This document shows positions 36,418 through 49,684 of a stretch of DNA of 64,000 nt, in pieces. The DNA lies in contig CAJFCJ010000018.1 of assembly GCA_904063045.1 (NCBI GenBank), positions 1-64,000 on the forward strand, written 5' to 3'. The DNA is from Dimorphilus gyrociliatus. Taxonomy: Eukaryota > Animalia > Annelida. Below the pieces are notes generated by a model. It searched no databases. It was not told the origin of the DNA and saw only the letters and a program-made list of their open reading frames with translations. The translations under genes were made by a program, and so were the position numbers. Numbering within the stretch: the first letter of the stretch is position 1; every line of letters starts with the position of its first letter.

Positions 36418-39400
36418 ATTCTCTGAAAATCATTAAGCCTTGATCATATTAAGAGAATGGCCTAATTGTAAACTACAGATACAGACTTTAAAGAAGTAAA
36501 ACATCTTAAAAAATTAAAGGGAAGAGTATAAAGAGGTCAATATTAGCCTATTATGTTGAAAATTGGAGGTTTCAGGTATCTTTTATTAAACTATTAGAGT
36601 TTTCCCTTAATAAGTTTAGAAGCAAAATTAGTCTCCGTAGCCTGAATTTCAAAATATCCGACTCTATATTTCTTTAATTTACATAAGCCTTTTGCAAAGT
36701 AACAGTCGTAAATTAGAATTTATCAATATAATTTATATCAATCAATAGTTTTTACTTAATAAAAATTATCCTTTTCAATTATTGAATTCTCATTAAATTA
36801 TTATGAATACAGCAATGGAAATTGCGTGGCATTCCTTAGTTACCAGAAATTGTCTTATTGGTATTAAGCATACTAGAAATATCTTTATAATTTTACTAAT
36901 TGTACTCTAATTAAAGCAAATTGCTTCTTTAGATAAGCGAAGAAAAATTGATTTAGCTGCAGAAAAGAGCCATCTTCGTTAAATTTAATATATAGAGTTG
37001 TATCATTAACAAGACATTTCTCTAACTATTGTGAATTCGAAGTTAAAAACAATGAAATATGAAAGACTGCAAAGTACAGAAACATGTCAAGTATCTATCG
37101 TTCTATAAATAATCATCCATCATTTTAGATCACATTACTTCGTTCTTTTCTTTCAATTTCATATACCAATTGATTCGTTACAAGTTCTAGTGCAAAAATA
37201 TCCCTTTAAATATGGATAATAATGATTTTCTTCCATCTGAAAACAATAGTCGCGTTTATCCTTCTCTAAATGAATATATAATAAATTGTCAAATAGTTTT
37301 CATACTAAAGAAATAAGTGGTTTTCGAATTTTCACACTTTTTGCAGAAAATGCTTACATCTATATTGAGACATAAAAAAAAGAAATAGACAAGAGAGAGC
37401 AAGAGAGAGAGAGAGAGAAGGCGAGCAAAAAAAGAAAAAAAACAATTAACGCTTTCTCAATTCCTAGCCGAATCTGTCCTTTTCGCTGACAAATATTTTG
37501 GATTGATGAAGAAAGTTTCTTAGCTTACGTTACCACTACTTTATATTATTTCTTTATTTTTTTTCTTAGAACGCTCATTTAGTAAATTAATAGATGTTAC
37601 CACCCTGTTCCTATATTAGATTTTTACCATCTTTTTTTTCTTGAACTCTATATTATTTTTTTATTTTGTAGCCATAAATAGAAGAAAAGGTATTTTTCTT
37701 GATTATAATCATCAGGTAAAACTAATAAGGCAATACGAAGTGGATGATGGATATATGTGTTCAAATACAGTATATATATATAATGATAAAAAATATAAGA
37801 ATAGTTGGAAACTGTATAACCCCCTCCCTTCCCCATTCAATTATACATATGTCAAGTGTATCAACTTTCTTACTTGAGTCTAAAAAGCAAAGTTAACTTT
37901 TGAAAGAATATTTCAATATTTATAGAATATTTATTGTTTTCTTTTACATTGATATTGAAGATTATTTGGAGTTATATTATTATTGTTTCTATTATTAATA
38001 ATAAAGAAACTCTACTAACTATATGTTAGGGTGTTTTTTGTATTCAGTGAACTATAAGTTCTAATTGAAAGCTTAATACTTTACTTACTAGTTAAAAGAT
38101 GTCAACCTCATTGAACATTGTTTTTTGAAGAATACACTTAATTTCTATATGAGTAATAATCAATAAAGAAATAGCAATACCATACGGTACAAGTAACGAT
38201 TAAGTAACAAAAGAAAGATTTGTTTTTAATAAAATTAAATCAAGAATGATACAAGTATCTTTTGTAAGAGAAAACTTCAATGAACACATTTTACTAATGG
38301 AAGGGTTTTTTTTAATTATTCAACTAGCAATAGGCTGTTTTAATTATGTATTTTATTAGTCTAATAAATACTCACAGAAATTCCTTTCAAGGGAAAAAAG
38401 TGAATGGCTTGTAAATTTGATGTCCGTCCGAAGTTACGGCGGCAAATGACGATTTGAGTGCAGCATAAGCTTTAGCTCATAAATATTCATATCTTCATCG
38501 TCACTTTTTTTTCTTCTACTTATTTTAACGTATAATTTTATGGAATTAATTGAAAGTATAAATTATATAATATCTCTCATAGGAAAGAAAGTGGAATAAA
38601 CAGTATCAAGCGGCTAAAAAAATTAATAACAACTTTTTTAACTATAATCTTGATATATTTATGGGGCGTCTAAAAATTTGGCTCTTCTATCTCTGGAGTA
38701 ATAAAACATTCGTTATGTAGAGAATTCAGAATTAAATCCTCTATTAGTAGAATTTTTGTGGGAGTTTTTCCAATTTTTTTCAACTATTTTAGCATTATTC
38801 TACATGGAGAGAAAAATTTATAGACATCAGATGTCACTTGAATTTATGTAATGAAATAATTATAAACAACAGTTATTTACTATTTATATATAACTTATTA
38901 TACCCTACCATCATTAAGATTAAGCATACCTGGTCTTTCAACTCATACTTATATCCAACAAGAAAATACGAAAAGATTATAGAAAATTACGTTTTATAAT
39001 AAAAGAAAAACATAAACAAGATGCTTTAACTCTAAAGAAATTTATTAGACGGATAAAGGAAATTTTCTTTAAAAAAGAGAATCTACTTAGACTATATTTC
39101 GTGTCTAAAGAGAATTCTTGAGAAAGCTCCCACGCACCGGAAATAATTTGAAAAATCAGGTATTGCAAATTTTCGGCATTTTCCAGTTCTGTTTAACCCT
39201 TTTAGGAAAAAATCCAATAAAAAGAAACAGAAAAAGAGATAGGAGATAATGATTTATTTTCTAAAAAAGCATCAATATAATACATAAATTAGAAAAAAGA
39301 TTTATATAAATTGATGTTCTTTTAATATTTTATTAATAAAGTCGATGTTATATAATATATAAATTAGAAAACAAATAAACTAAGCTTAATTCTATTCCAT

Positions 39401-39831
39401 TTCAACATTCGAAGAATACTTTATCAGGAAAACCATAGAATATTGACAAGTTTTCTTACCACCTACGAAAGATTCGATACTAAAACCTAAAAATCGAATA
39501 AATGACAAGTATAGTTTTGTACAACAGTAAGAAAATATGGCTAATCGACGTTGGTTGAGGCTTAATAATCGATATCGCAAAAGGAAACCATTACAGGATG
39601 GCGTAATTTTTCTTTTGTAAAGAAGACATATAAATTAAGGTCATATATTATTAAAACTTTAACAGAAGGTTAAAAAAGATTTGGAATTATCGAAAAAGAA
39701 AATCAAAATCTGTTTTTTTTCCTGATAACCAATTCTCTCTCTTTGTATTTCAAGTCTGATATAAATCAATCTTGTAGGAGAGAATATCAAACTATGTTCA
39801 GCTTAAAAATCATACTAAAAAAAACGCGCTA

Positions 39832-39859
39832 TGCTTTCTGCTTTCTGCTTTCTGCTTTC
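39832..39859. repeat. (TGCTTTC)4 heptamer tandem repeat
   Basis: Direct reading of the sequence. Confidence 0.85.
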
Positions 39860-41852
39860 AGCAACAAGCACTTTAATTTCTAAACAATGAAAAAAATATC
39901 AAAGACAAACTCTTAAGATATTAAGATGCAATTACAAGTTATACTCTTTTAATCTAAAACTCTTTTTTTTTCTATAAGGCTAAAAAATCTCTCAATCTTT
40001 TCATTATGATAATTTTTGAGACACCTATCTCTAAAGGAGTATTATTCATATTATAATAAGTTAACGCTTTTGTCTCTTTCTCTTTGCTATCAGGAGTAAT
40101 GGAAGGTAGGATAGGAAATAGAAGCTAGAAATGGAAAGATTAAGATATTGCGAAAATGGTTCTTATTGAGACAAACTATTACACCGCCTGTAGCAGGTGC
40201 GACAACATTAATAAACCTCGTTAGTTTATAGTTTTCTCCAGATTATGTTCTTTTCTTTTACATATCCACCTAATCTATAAAGAAAATTGCGTATTCTCAC
40301 AGTTGTAACAGAAGTAAATGCTAGCACAAACACGTTCCATCCAAATAGTTAATGACAAAGACGTTGTTATTATGGAAATAACAATGAACAGTGAACAACC
40401 TACTACAACATAGGACAGGAAAAATACTGAATTGCTCTTTTATTATTATACCTATTTAGGAAAATATGTCAACTTTGTACAGAGAGACAAAGAGGAAAGA
40501 AACGAAGGGAGAAGGGTTGTGATTGCTATTAAAATGACAAGACTAAGCTAGCCTTTAAATCTCATGGACCATATTTTCCAACACCAATAGAAAAAAGATA
40601 AGAAAAGAAAATATGACATTGATAAACTTGCTTCTCGTAACATTTATTCACATATTTCTATAAGTTTTGTTGTAAGTTTCGCTTTTCCAGCAAATTCATT
40701 TCAAGCTTTGACCTTTCCATATTCTATAGACCAGAAGGTTACATTTGAAGAAAGCAGAAATGCTTGAGAAGGGTTTTAAAAAATCGACGCTTCAAAGATT
40801 CCCTTAATTTATACTACATATTTTCAACATCGTTTTTCCCCTATTTTCGTATTTCGATTTTTACAATGCTAAGATTATTATTTATAACTATCTGTCTTAT
40901 TATATCATATTACTAACTAGTTTTCTCTTAACTATAGATATTAAACTGTCACGTTTTATTCAGAGTAAATTGGAATAAACTACATACTGCTGAAATGAAA
41001 GGGTTTTCTTAAAGAAATAGTAGATATAGTTATACTTTAAAAATTTATAACTATTAAAAAATGTGGCAAGTGATTTCTTTAGTTCAAATAAAGAGTATAG
41101 ATCTTAAAGAAACTTTTTTCTAACAGACTAATGAATAGATAACTCTTGAAGAAAAAAAAACACCTGTATCTAATCAAAACTTTTCTTCTCTCTCTCTCTG
41201 TCTCTCTCTCTCTATCTCTATTCAGTTTTGTATGGACTATACAATAAAACTATAAAGGAATATTATACAAATTTCAATATTCCAAGAAATGCTTTAGATC
41301 TTATAATAAGCTTTATATAAACAGATTTATTTACTTTTGAATTTCTATTTAAAATCTCAGGATTTCTCATACATTTATCTTGGCACGGTAATCTCAACTA
41401 TCCATTATAGACTTATAAAGAAAACGCGATTTTCAAGATGAAATGAATTATTATTTAATCTTTTATTATAGAAAATAAGATAGGCTAAGGTCATCATAAA
41501 ACGTTGGGATTTTTTTTCACATTCTTCTATAATCATTGCGATAAACTTTAATTTATTATTAAGTAATCAATCTCTGGACCATATCTTGCCTTTTATATTT
41601 TTATTATTGGTTTATTTATATAGATGAATAACCTGTGTTATTAAGCTACAATACGATCTATATTATCACCTTATTTTGAATTTCCCGCCCTCAGTTTCGT
41701 ATTCTTATTGGGATATGACCATGAGAAATGAACTGATAGGTCACACCTCGTGTATTATCGTCAGTATATTTTGTTTAATTCCTATTTCTAGTGCTTTGAA
41801 CACGTTGACGCATAATAGTAATCGGATTCATTAATAGCATATTTGAGTAACA

Positions 41853-43546
41853 ATGGAAAAATCAAAACGTAAAATTGTTGTAGGATCTAGAGATAGCAAG
41901 GTGAGAAAGAGATTTTTAAAGCATATAGACTCTGAAATTCTAAACTTTCATTTTAACTTTCAACAGCTAGCTTTGATACAAACCAACTTCGTCGTTGACA
42001 GACTTAATGAATTATATAAAGATGTAGAATTCGAAATAAGTTCGTACGATTTATTTACGTCAATTTAAACCGTATTTATGAAATTATTATATTCATAATT
42101 AATAGAAACGATGAAAACAACTGGTGATAAGATACTAAACTTGGCTTTATCTAAGGTAATCAAATATTATTTTACCGCTACTTATCTACGAAAAAATAAA
42201 CTACTAAGTTTATAAAATTACTGTTTTTAGATAGGCCAAAAGAGTCTTTTTACTAAGGAGCTTGAATTAGGTTTGGATGATAGAAGTATTGATATGGTAG
42301 TCCACTCTCTAAAGGATCTACCTACAACTCTACCAGAAAACATGGTAATTGGAGCGATACTAAAGTAAATACAAGTTTCCTAATTCTATTATACTGCTCA
42401 TTAAATTTTTACTATCACTTTCTCTAATTAAACTATTGGCTAGGCGTGACGATCCACGCGATGCAGTTGTAATGCATCCAAAGCACTCAAATCTCTTATC
42501 TATTGGAGACCTACCAGATGGAAGGTATTGTAGACACTAGAATATGCTAATAATTCAACAGTAAATAATTTTTTTTCTCTTAAACATCTTTCATTTAGTG
42601 TCATTGGAACTAGTTCTCTGAGAAGAATTTCTCAATTGAAGCAGAAATTCCCTAAACTACAATTCAAGGATATCAGAGGAAATTTAAATACAAGACTTAG
42701 AAAATTAGATGATGCAGATGACTATGATGCTATTGTATTGGCACTTGCTGGTTTAGTAAGAATGGGATGGAATAAAAGGGTTTCTCAGGTAGTCTTTTTT
42801 AACATCAAGAAACTATATATCATACAACAAGCGAATACTTTCTCTTTCATACAGGTATTAGAACCAATTATTTGCATGTATTCTGTTTCTCAAGGTGCCT
42901 TGGCTGTTGAATGTCGACAAGATGACGATTATACACTTGATTTGCTTTTCCCCCTTAATGACTATCACACTTTGCTGAGATGTATTGCAGAAAGGTCTTT
43001 CTTAAAAAAATTGGTTAGTCTATTTTTCGAAAAAGCTAAAAACTTTACGCCCTTATCATTTTAATATGCAATATTATTAGGAAGGAGGTTGTAGCGCGCC
43101 AGTAGCTGTTCATAGCCAAGTTATCCATGGAACGTATAGTAATAACACGGAAAAAGAAGACTCAGTCAGCCTAACAGGAGGTGTTTTCAGCTTGGATGGG
43201 AAAGATTGTCGTATCCATTCTGTATTGAGCGGTAATATAAACTTGGATTTACTGGATGAACCAACAGGAAAAGTATAAATACATACATATATATTCATGA
43301 AAAGTGTTCTATCGTTAGTTAATTGAAACTGTTTTTAATACTTCACAGAGGTCAAGACAAACTGAAATATTTTCATGCGCTCACTTGGGAAGATTTGAAA
43401 ATAGAGAAAGAATTACTTTTGAAATTTGCGAAAAACTAGGCAATTCTTTGGCTGTTAAAATATTAAATGAAGGTGGTAAAAGTATTCTTGAAGCGGCAAA
43501 AGCTCAAACAAATCGGGAAATCAACAAAGTAGAAAAAGCCGAATAA
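41853..43546 (+). CDS. HMBS: Porphobilinogen deaminase (hydroxymethylbilane synthase)
   Basis: VGSRDSK|[63 protein letters not shown] and ERSFLKKL|EGGCSAPVA. Confidence 0.96.
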
Positions 43547-44169
43547 ATTAATTTATTTAAATGATGTCCCTAACCATATCCATCTTAAAAGCATTAACAA
43601 AAATATACTATTTGGAATTTAAGAAATCTTCGTATCAAATATCATTTTACGTGGTCTATACTAGTTTTACTAGTTTATAATTAGTTCTAGGACAAGTTTA
43701 TACTGTAGTACGTATCTTTCTTGGTGAACTTGGCGGATGTATAATTGAAAAAGAGTTTATCAGAAGGAGCACTAAGATTCTATTAATTTTCCTATTCTCT
43801 TGAAAGGTAATTTTTCATCTCATTTCGAATAAATTACAGTAAATCGATTCTAATTTATACTTATATTTAAGCTAGCCGATATATTTTTTATCTTTTTTAA
43901 ACAAAGATGGCGCCATATGTAAACATTATTGCGACAACAGACACGTTTTAAGTTATCCAGGCTTTTTTCATCAGTTAATTTCACTATTTTTTAAAGGTAT
44001 AAGATGCTTCATTTTTTAAGTTGGAAGCTATAAATAATTGAAAGTCTTAGTCTAATCTCATGCCATTTAAAAGATGCTTTCGTTGAGTACGACTAAAAAT
44101 TAAGAGAAAAAAGCCTGATTATATATTGACAAATAGTTAAGCCGGTATAACATAACATCCATATTGTTC

Positions 44170-45900
44170 AGTTTCTCCAAACCTTGACCTGAAATATATT
44201 AAATAATATATACCAATACAAAATATTTAGCTTCTTTCTTAGAAAATAAGATAATAAGTCTATACTTTAATACGTCCAAGTATCTAATTTGGAGTTCAAT
44301 ACTTCTTCCAATAACTAGCATACAGCATCGTTAGTTTCACTTGTAAGCTGCTTTTCATGTTTTTCTCATAAGTATTAGATTAGGGATTAAGTTTTTTTAA
44401 GAACCTCTGCAAACAAAAATTTAGTCGATATTTCGATAATAACAGCAATCCCTGCCTATGAATACCACTTTAACTTGCACAAAGCATCCAATGATAATCA
44501 ATGTTATTTAAAAACACTTTAGCAACGTATCAATAACAAATATTGTTGATTTTCATAAAGTTTATTGTTTTCAGATTTGGCTTTTGTGAGAGTAGAAATT
44601 CTAAATCATTATATGTACCAAAAAAGAAAGTACTTGTTGACAGAGAATGCACCTTAACTTAGCTTGTCTAAAATACTATTGAGGGAAAGGCGACTGTTTA
44701 TCGTTTTTAGAAGAAAAGCCACCCATTAAAGTACCTTTGAACAGGTATTCATATTTTTCGACTGTAAATCTATCAACGAGGTTTAAAGCAAAACATATTT
44801 GCCATATCGAGTAGTTTTGTCTATCTTATAAGGATATGTTTTCACAATCCACCTCTAAAGCCTTATCAATCGGCGTGCCAAATTTCACCAGCGTCATTTG
44901 CTCAACATCAATTCCTCACTTCCGGATACGTTTATCTTTTACAATGTCCTTTTGTCTCCTTTCTAAATCTTTTTATAGCGCTATAGAAAATAGTGATTTT
45001 GTCAGGAGAATTAGATGTTCCACAAAGACATCTAATTCTCCTGACAAAATCTCTACTTTATGTCCATTTTTCATCATTCTCTGCAACAACAAATCTAAAC
45101 TCCTACTCTTTTGACAGAAAATCATTAATTGATCAGGAGCTTCAAAAGAATAAATGTCAGATATAACATTGTATTTGTCTCACTTTATTATGAATTCTGT
45201 TTCACTTTCTCATTTGTACTTTTTGGTAAAAAAAAAAGAAACAAAATTGTATAAATCTTGGAGAGCAACGAAAGAAAGGGATTATAATTTACTATAGCTA
45301 AATCCTCTGTTTTTAGGTTTCTCTTTCTAACTAATAGAACTATATTTAGTACGAAATGTTTTTATGTCGTCTTTCTTCTCAGAATAATGAAAAAAAGTAT
45401 CTCGCACATATTTTACTGCAAAGCTACTTATGTCTAATAGGCAAAAAGTTCTTTCCCTATCCAAACCTGTATATGCAGAGAGTTGGTCATGATAACCTTG
45501 AGTATTGATCGAAACGTCATCCTTGTGCTAGGATGAAGATTTTTATCTTTTTAAATCAAAAGCCTTTGAGCCTCGACCCTAGTGAAGAACATCTCCAGGA
45601 GCTCCAATTATATTTTGAGCAGTCAACTTCGATCCACAACTCACTGTATATATTTACATAGACTTAATAAATCTAATTATAGAGACAACTCTCTTCTGTC
45701 ATTGTTTCAATTTATTTCTTCCCATTTCAATAACTAAAAAAAAAACAAAAATATAGTTAGATGGATAAGTAATATGATTGACAATACACCAGTTTTCATG
45801 TCTTTGTACAAATTTTTTAGCCGAAAATTGACATCTAAATCCTCTAAATGTTTTATGAATTTAACTATTTTTTCAAAGATTGTAATAATTTAAACGTTGA
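44170..45900 (-). pseudogene. Decayed genomic (intron-containing) duplicate of the neighbouring DDX19; limits approximate
   Basis: Colinear with 49720-51600 in both exons and introns (e.g. TTGCTCAACATCAATTCCTC, AGGTTTAAAGC, TTGAGCAGTCAA). Has small indels, a large exon deletion near 45200, mutated splice sites and no long ORF. Confidence 0.9.
44996..45050. repeat. Perfect 23-bp inverted repeat with a 9-nt loop inside the DDX19 pseudogene
   Basis: ATTTTGTCAGGAGAATTAGATGT (44996-45018) and ACATCTAATTCTCCTGACAAAAT (45028-45050) are exact reverse complements. Confidence 0.95.
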
Positions 45901-46594
45901 ATTTATTTGCCTAGAGATTGCTTTTAAGTTGTTGCTTTTGTAGAGATTTTTCCCTCTTATCTCATGCTATCACATCTTTACTGCTATTTGTTATGTACTG
46001 TATATACTGTATATACTATATATTTTGATGGATTTCTCCTGGTTTCACAATTCTCCATTACTTTATTTTACTAGACTTGTAAGGTTATGCCTATGTACTT
46101 CTGATGGGTCTTTCTTCCTTTTCTGCCTACAATTGTCTAAGTTCCTTAAGCTTAGTGATAACAATTAAGGTTACATTCTTACACGCTTCAAGTTACAGAG
46201 ATAATTGCTTTATTCCAACCCTTTCGGAATATAGATGGCGCAATTTATACACTTAAAACCTTAAAGTTATCTTTAGCACGCAATGAGAAATTCATATAAT
46301 TTATGAGAGACATTAATAAAAGGTTATATACTGGTAGGAGTCATCCACCTTATAGAAAAATTATAACTAACTTTAGAATTTGCTTATTTTGCAAAGTATA
46401 ATAAATTTACATTCAAGGCGTCCCTACATATTGTTAAAATAATTTTAGCGAATTATTCTGCACAAAGATAGATTTTTTTAGAATAAATTTGTAACTCTAA
46501 ATTGCAGACTGAAGACTCACAATTCTGCTTGGAATAAAACATTATGTTACATGAAACATTCGAATATACCAGTTTTCCCATGAGCAGACGAAAA

Positions 46595-49560
46595 ATGGCG
46601 GAGAAAGAAACACGTGAGGCTAAAAAGCCTAAAAATTCAATCATGAAGGTTTAAAAGCTAAAACAATTGTAAATTTTATACTAATTGAGAATGCTTTTGT
46701 ACTATTTTTAGAAGAGGAAGCGGTTTTTTGATTTTACCCAGAAAGAAGAAGATAAAAAAATAAGTGATCGTGTCGAAACTTTCGACTTAACAGAGAAGTA
46801 GTTAAGCATATAAAGTGTCAACGATATTACCTCAGACGAACTCTAGATCAAGAAAAGATAGTTTCTTTTACACATACCAAGAAAGTATACAATTTAGCCT
46901 ATCACGAACAGAAATTCTGAGTGCAGCAATGATGCTGAAGGCAATATACTGTACTATTCGTAGTGTTACAGCATTATATTCGAAAATTCTATTTCTCAAA
47001 GTCCAAAATAAGCTAAGGTCCCACAAGCAGTTAATAATAGACATAGACATAGCTCTAGTTTAATTCTGACGTTGCCATTTAGATTAATTTGGTTGTCTGA
47101 CCTTTTCTCTAAATTTGTTATTCCGTATTGTGTTCAATCACTTGCGCTAGAGTCATGAGAATGTCATAAGTAATTGAATTTGAGGTTATATCGTTGCAAA
47201 GTTGTTAATAACTGGAAGGATGATGTAATTTACTTGTAGAATTGACAAAAGAAGTAATGCCACCACGAAGAATTTCAAGGGGAAAAAGCCAAAAGTATTA
47301 ATACATTAAAATTTTTTTACTAATCTATATACAAAAGTGTTGTTATTAGTAACGGAGTCAATTAATCTAATTTTTTCCAAGTCAAACAATATCATAATTT
47401 GAAAATTAAATTAGTAAAAGTTATAAATTAAATAAAGTTTACTTCTTAACAATAGAAATTCTATCCATCCTTTTTTGATAATTGTTTTTCTTAGGATATT
47501 TTCGACGGTCCTGCTCCTTTATCGAAACATGCTGTGAATAGATATGCTAGAGGTCATGAAGTTGATGAAAAATCGGTTCGAACCAAATACAGAAAGGCGG
47601 AAATCATAAGCAATGAGAAGAAAATTTACTCAGCAATGAAAGATGCTGCAAGGGCAGAAATGCTTTTAAATGAACAAGCAGGGTAAGAGATATTAATTAA
47701 ATATGAAATGGCCATTTTTTTACATAATATTTTTAGACTTCTACTTACGATTTCCAAAAAAAATTAAGCTAATCAACTATGTAATTAGTCTCTTTACAGT
47801 GTAGTAAGCTGCTTTCGTATTCTTTTCCTCAGGTTTTTAGAAGCCGATGAAGGAGAACACACTAGCCAATATACTCAAGATGATATCACTAAAGTAGTCG
47901 ATGTACAAAGTCAACAGAAATATTTTGAAGTAAAATTAGAGAATTTCGGTCCGTATAGAATAAATTATACGAGAAATGGTCGATTCATTTTATTGGGTGG
48001 CGAAAAAGGGCATGTAGCTGCTTTTGATTGGCAAACTAAACAACTAACTTGTGAAATGAACGTCATGGAAACTGTTAATGACATTCAATGGTTACATACT
48101 GAGAATATGTTTGCTGTTGCACAGCGTTTGTGGACTTATATATATGACAATCAAGGAATCGAGATACATTGTTTAAAAGCTCTGGATCGTGTTTTACGAC
48201 TAGAATTTCTCCCTTATCACTTTCTTTTGGTGTCAGCAGTAAGTAGATAAATGTCCCTGATATATAGAGATAGCCAAAATATCTTATTCTCATTGCAAAC
48301 GAGATAAAAATCTTTGTACCTTCCTATTAATGGACTAATATTCATGTTACCTGACAGAATGAAAAAAGCTACTTATCCTACATAGATATATCTATCGGAA
48401 AAAAAGTTGCTGGATTTCCAACAGCTTACGGAAGATTAGATGTCATGACTCAGAATCCTTACAATGCTATAACTTTATTAGGCCATAGTGGGGGAACTGT
48501 ATCAATGTGGTCACCAAATGTTAAGCAACCCTTGGTAAAAATGCTTTGTCATCGATCGGCAACTAGATGTATATCAGTGGAGCAGAGTGGCCAGTAAGTA
48601 AATGATAAAAATTGATAACCCTCTGACACGAGTCTCAAACCGTTTCGTAACAATAGATATATGGCAACGTCTGGAATCGATGGTAAGGTCAAGATATGGG
48701 ATCTGAGAACTTATAAGCTGCTACACTCTTACAAAGTCGGTTCTCCTGTTTACGACTTATCCTTTAGTCAACGTAATTTATTGGCCGCCGCTGTCGGAGA
48801 CGTCGTTCACATATATAAAGACTCTCTTTCAAAAGAAATCGATGCTCCTTACATGTGCCAAAGATCACCTGGCTTTATTCGTAATATAGATTTTTGCCCT
48901 TTCGAAGATGTTCTGGGTGTGGGACACTCGACTGGCTTTTCTAGTTATTTAGTTCCAGGAGCTGGTGAGCCAAATTTCGATGCGCTCGAGGCAAATCCTT
49001 ATCAGACTAAAAAACAACGCCGTCAGGCGGAAGTGAAGATGCTTTTGGATAAGGTATATTTGTGTTCTTTACACGTATTGTAATTTCATTCCTCTGAGGA
49101 ATGAATTTTTCTTTACAATATCTATCTAACCTTCGTTGTATTTTTTAGATCCAACCAGACTTAATAAATTTGGATACGGCAGTTTTGGGAAAAGTTGACA
49201 GAAAATCGGCTCAGGATATTTTAGAAGAAAAAAAGAAATTACTGGTAAGGATAATTAATTAGATGGCGAATCGCCAAATGTCACGCATACGATTTTCTAC
49301 AGTATCTTAAGCCTGAAAAAGTCGATTTCGTTCCACGATATAAGAAAAAAGGCGGAAGTAAAACAGGAAAAATCGAAAAGAGGAAAAAGGGTGTTCTGTG
49401 GGAGGACAAGCGTAATCAATTGAAAGAACGTCTATTAAAGAAAAAGCTGAAGCTTAAAAATAATCAAACAAAAAAATTAAAGAAAAAAATACTTAAAGAA
49501 AGCAAAGTGGATACAAGGACTTCAAAAATACTAGACAGGTTCCAAAAGAAAGATAGTTAA
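46595..49560 (+). CDS. WDR46: WD repeat-containing protein 46 (Utp7/BING4), SSU processome
   Basis: [11 protein letters not shown]|KRKRFF...DIFDGPAP; [29 protein letters not shown]; MATSGIDG; [32 protein letters not shown]. Confidence 0.95.
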
Positions 49561-49684
49561 CTTTTTCAATATATGTATTGTACAAACATATAATGTACGT
49601 AAATATATATCTTAACCAAGTTTCTCGAAAATACATGTAAATTTCAAAACGAATAATAATTCATGTGAAACAATAACAACTTTC

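Noticed and set aside
37641-39580. Short AT-rich ORFs of 60-80 aa here and at 53692-53943 and 57021-61183
   Set aside because: I/Y/F/K-biased translations of low-complexity non-coding DNA.
44836-45114. 92-aa plus-strand ORF
   Set aside because: Antisense reading of the DDX19 pseudogene with no independent support.
46815-47063. Overlapping ORFs on both strands
   Set aside because: They lie within the ~440-nt second intron of WDR46 and have no homology or coding signal.
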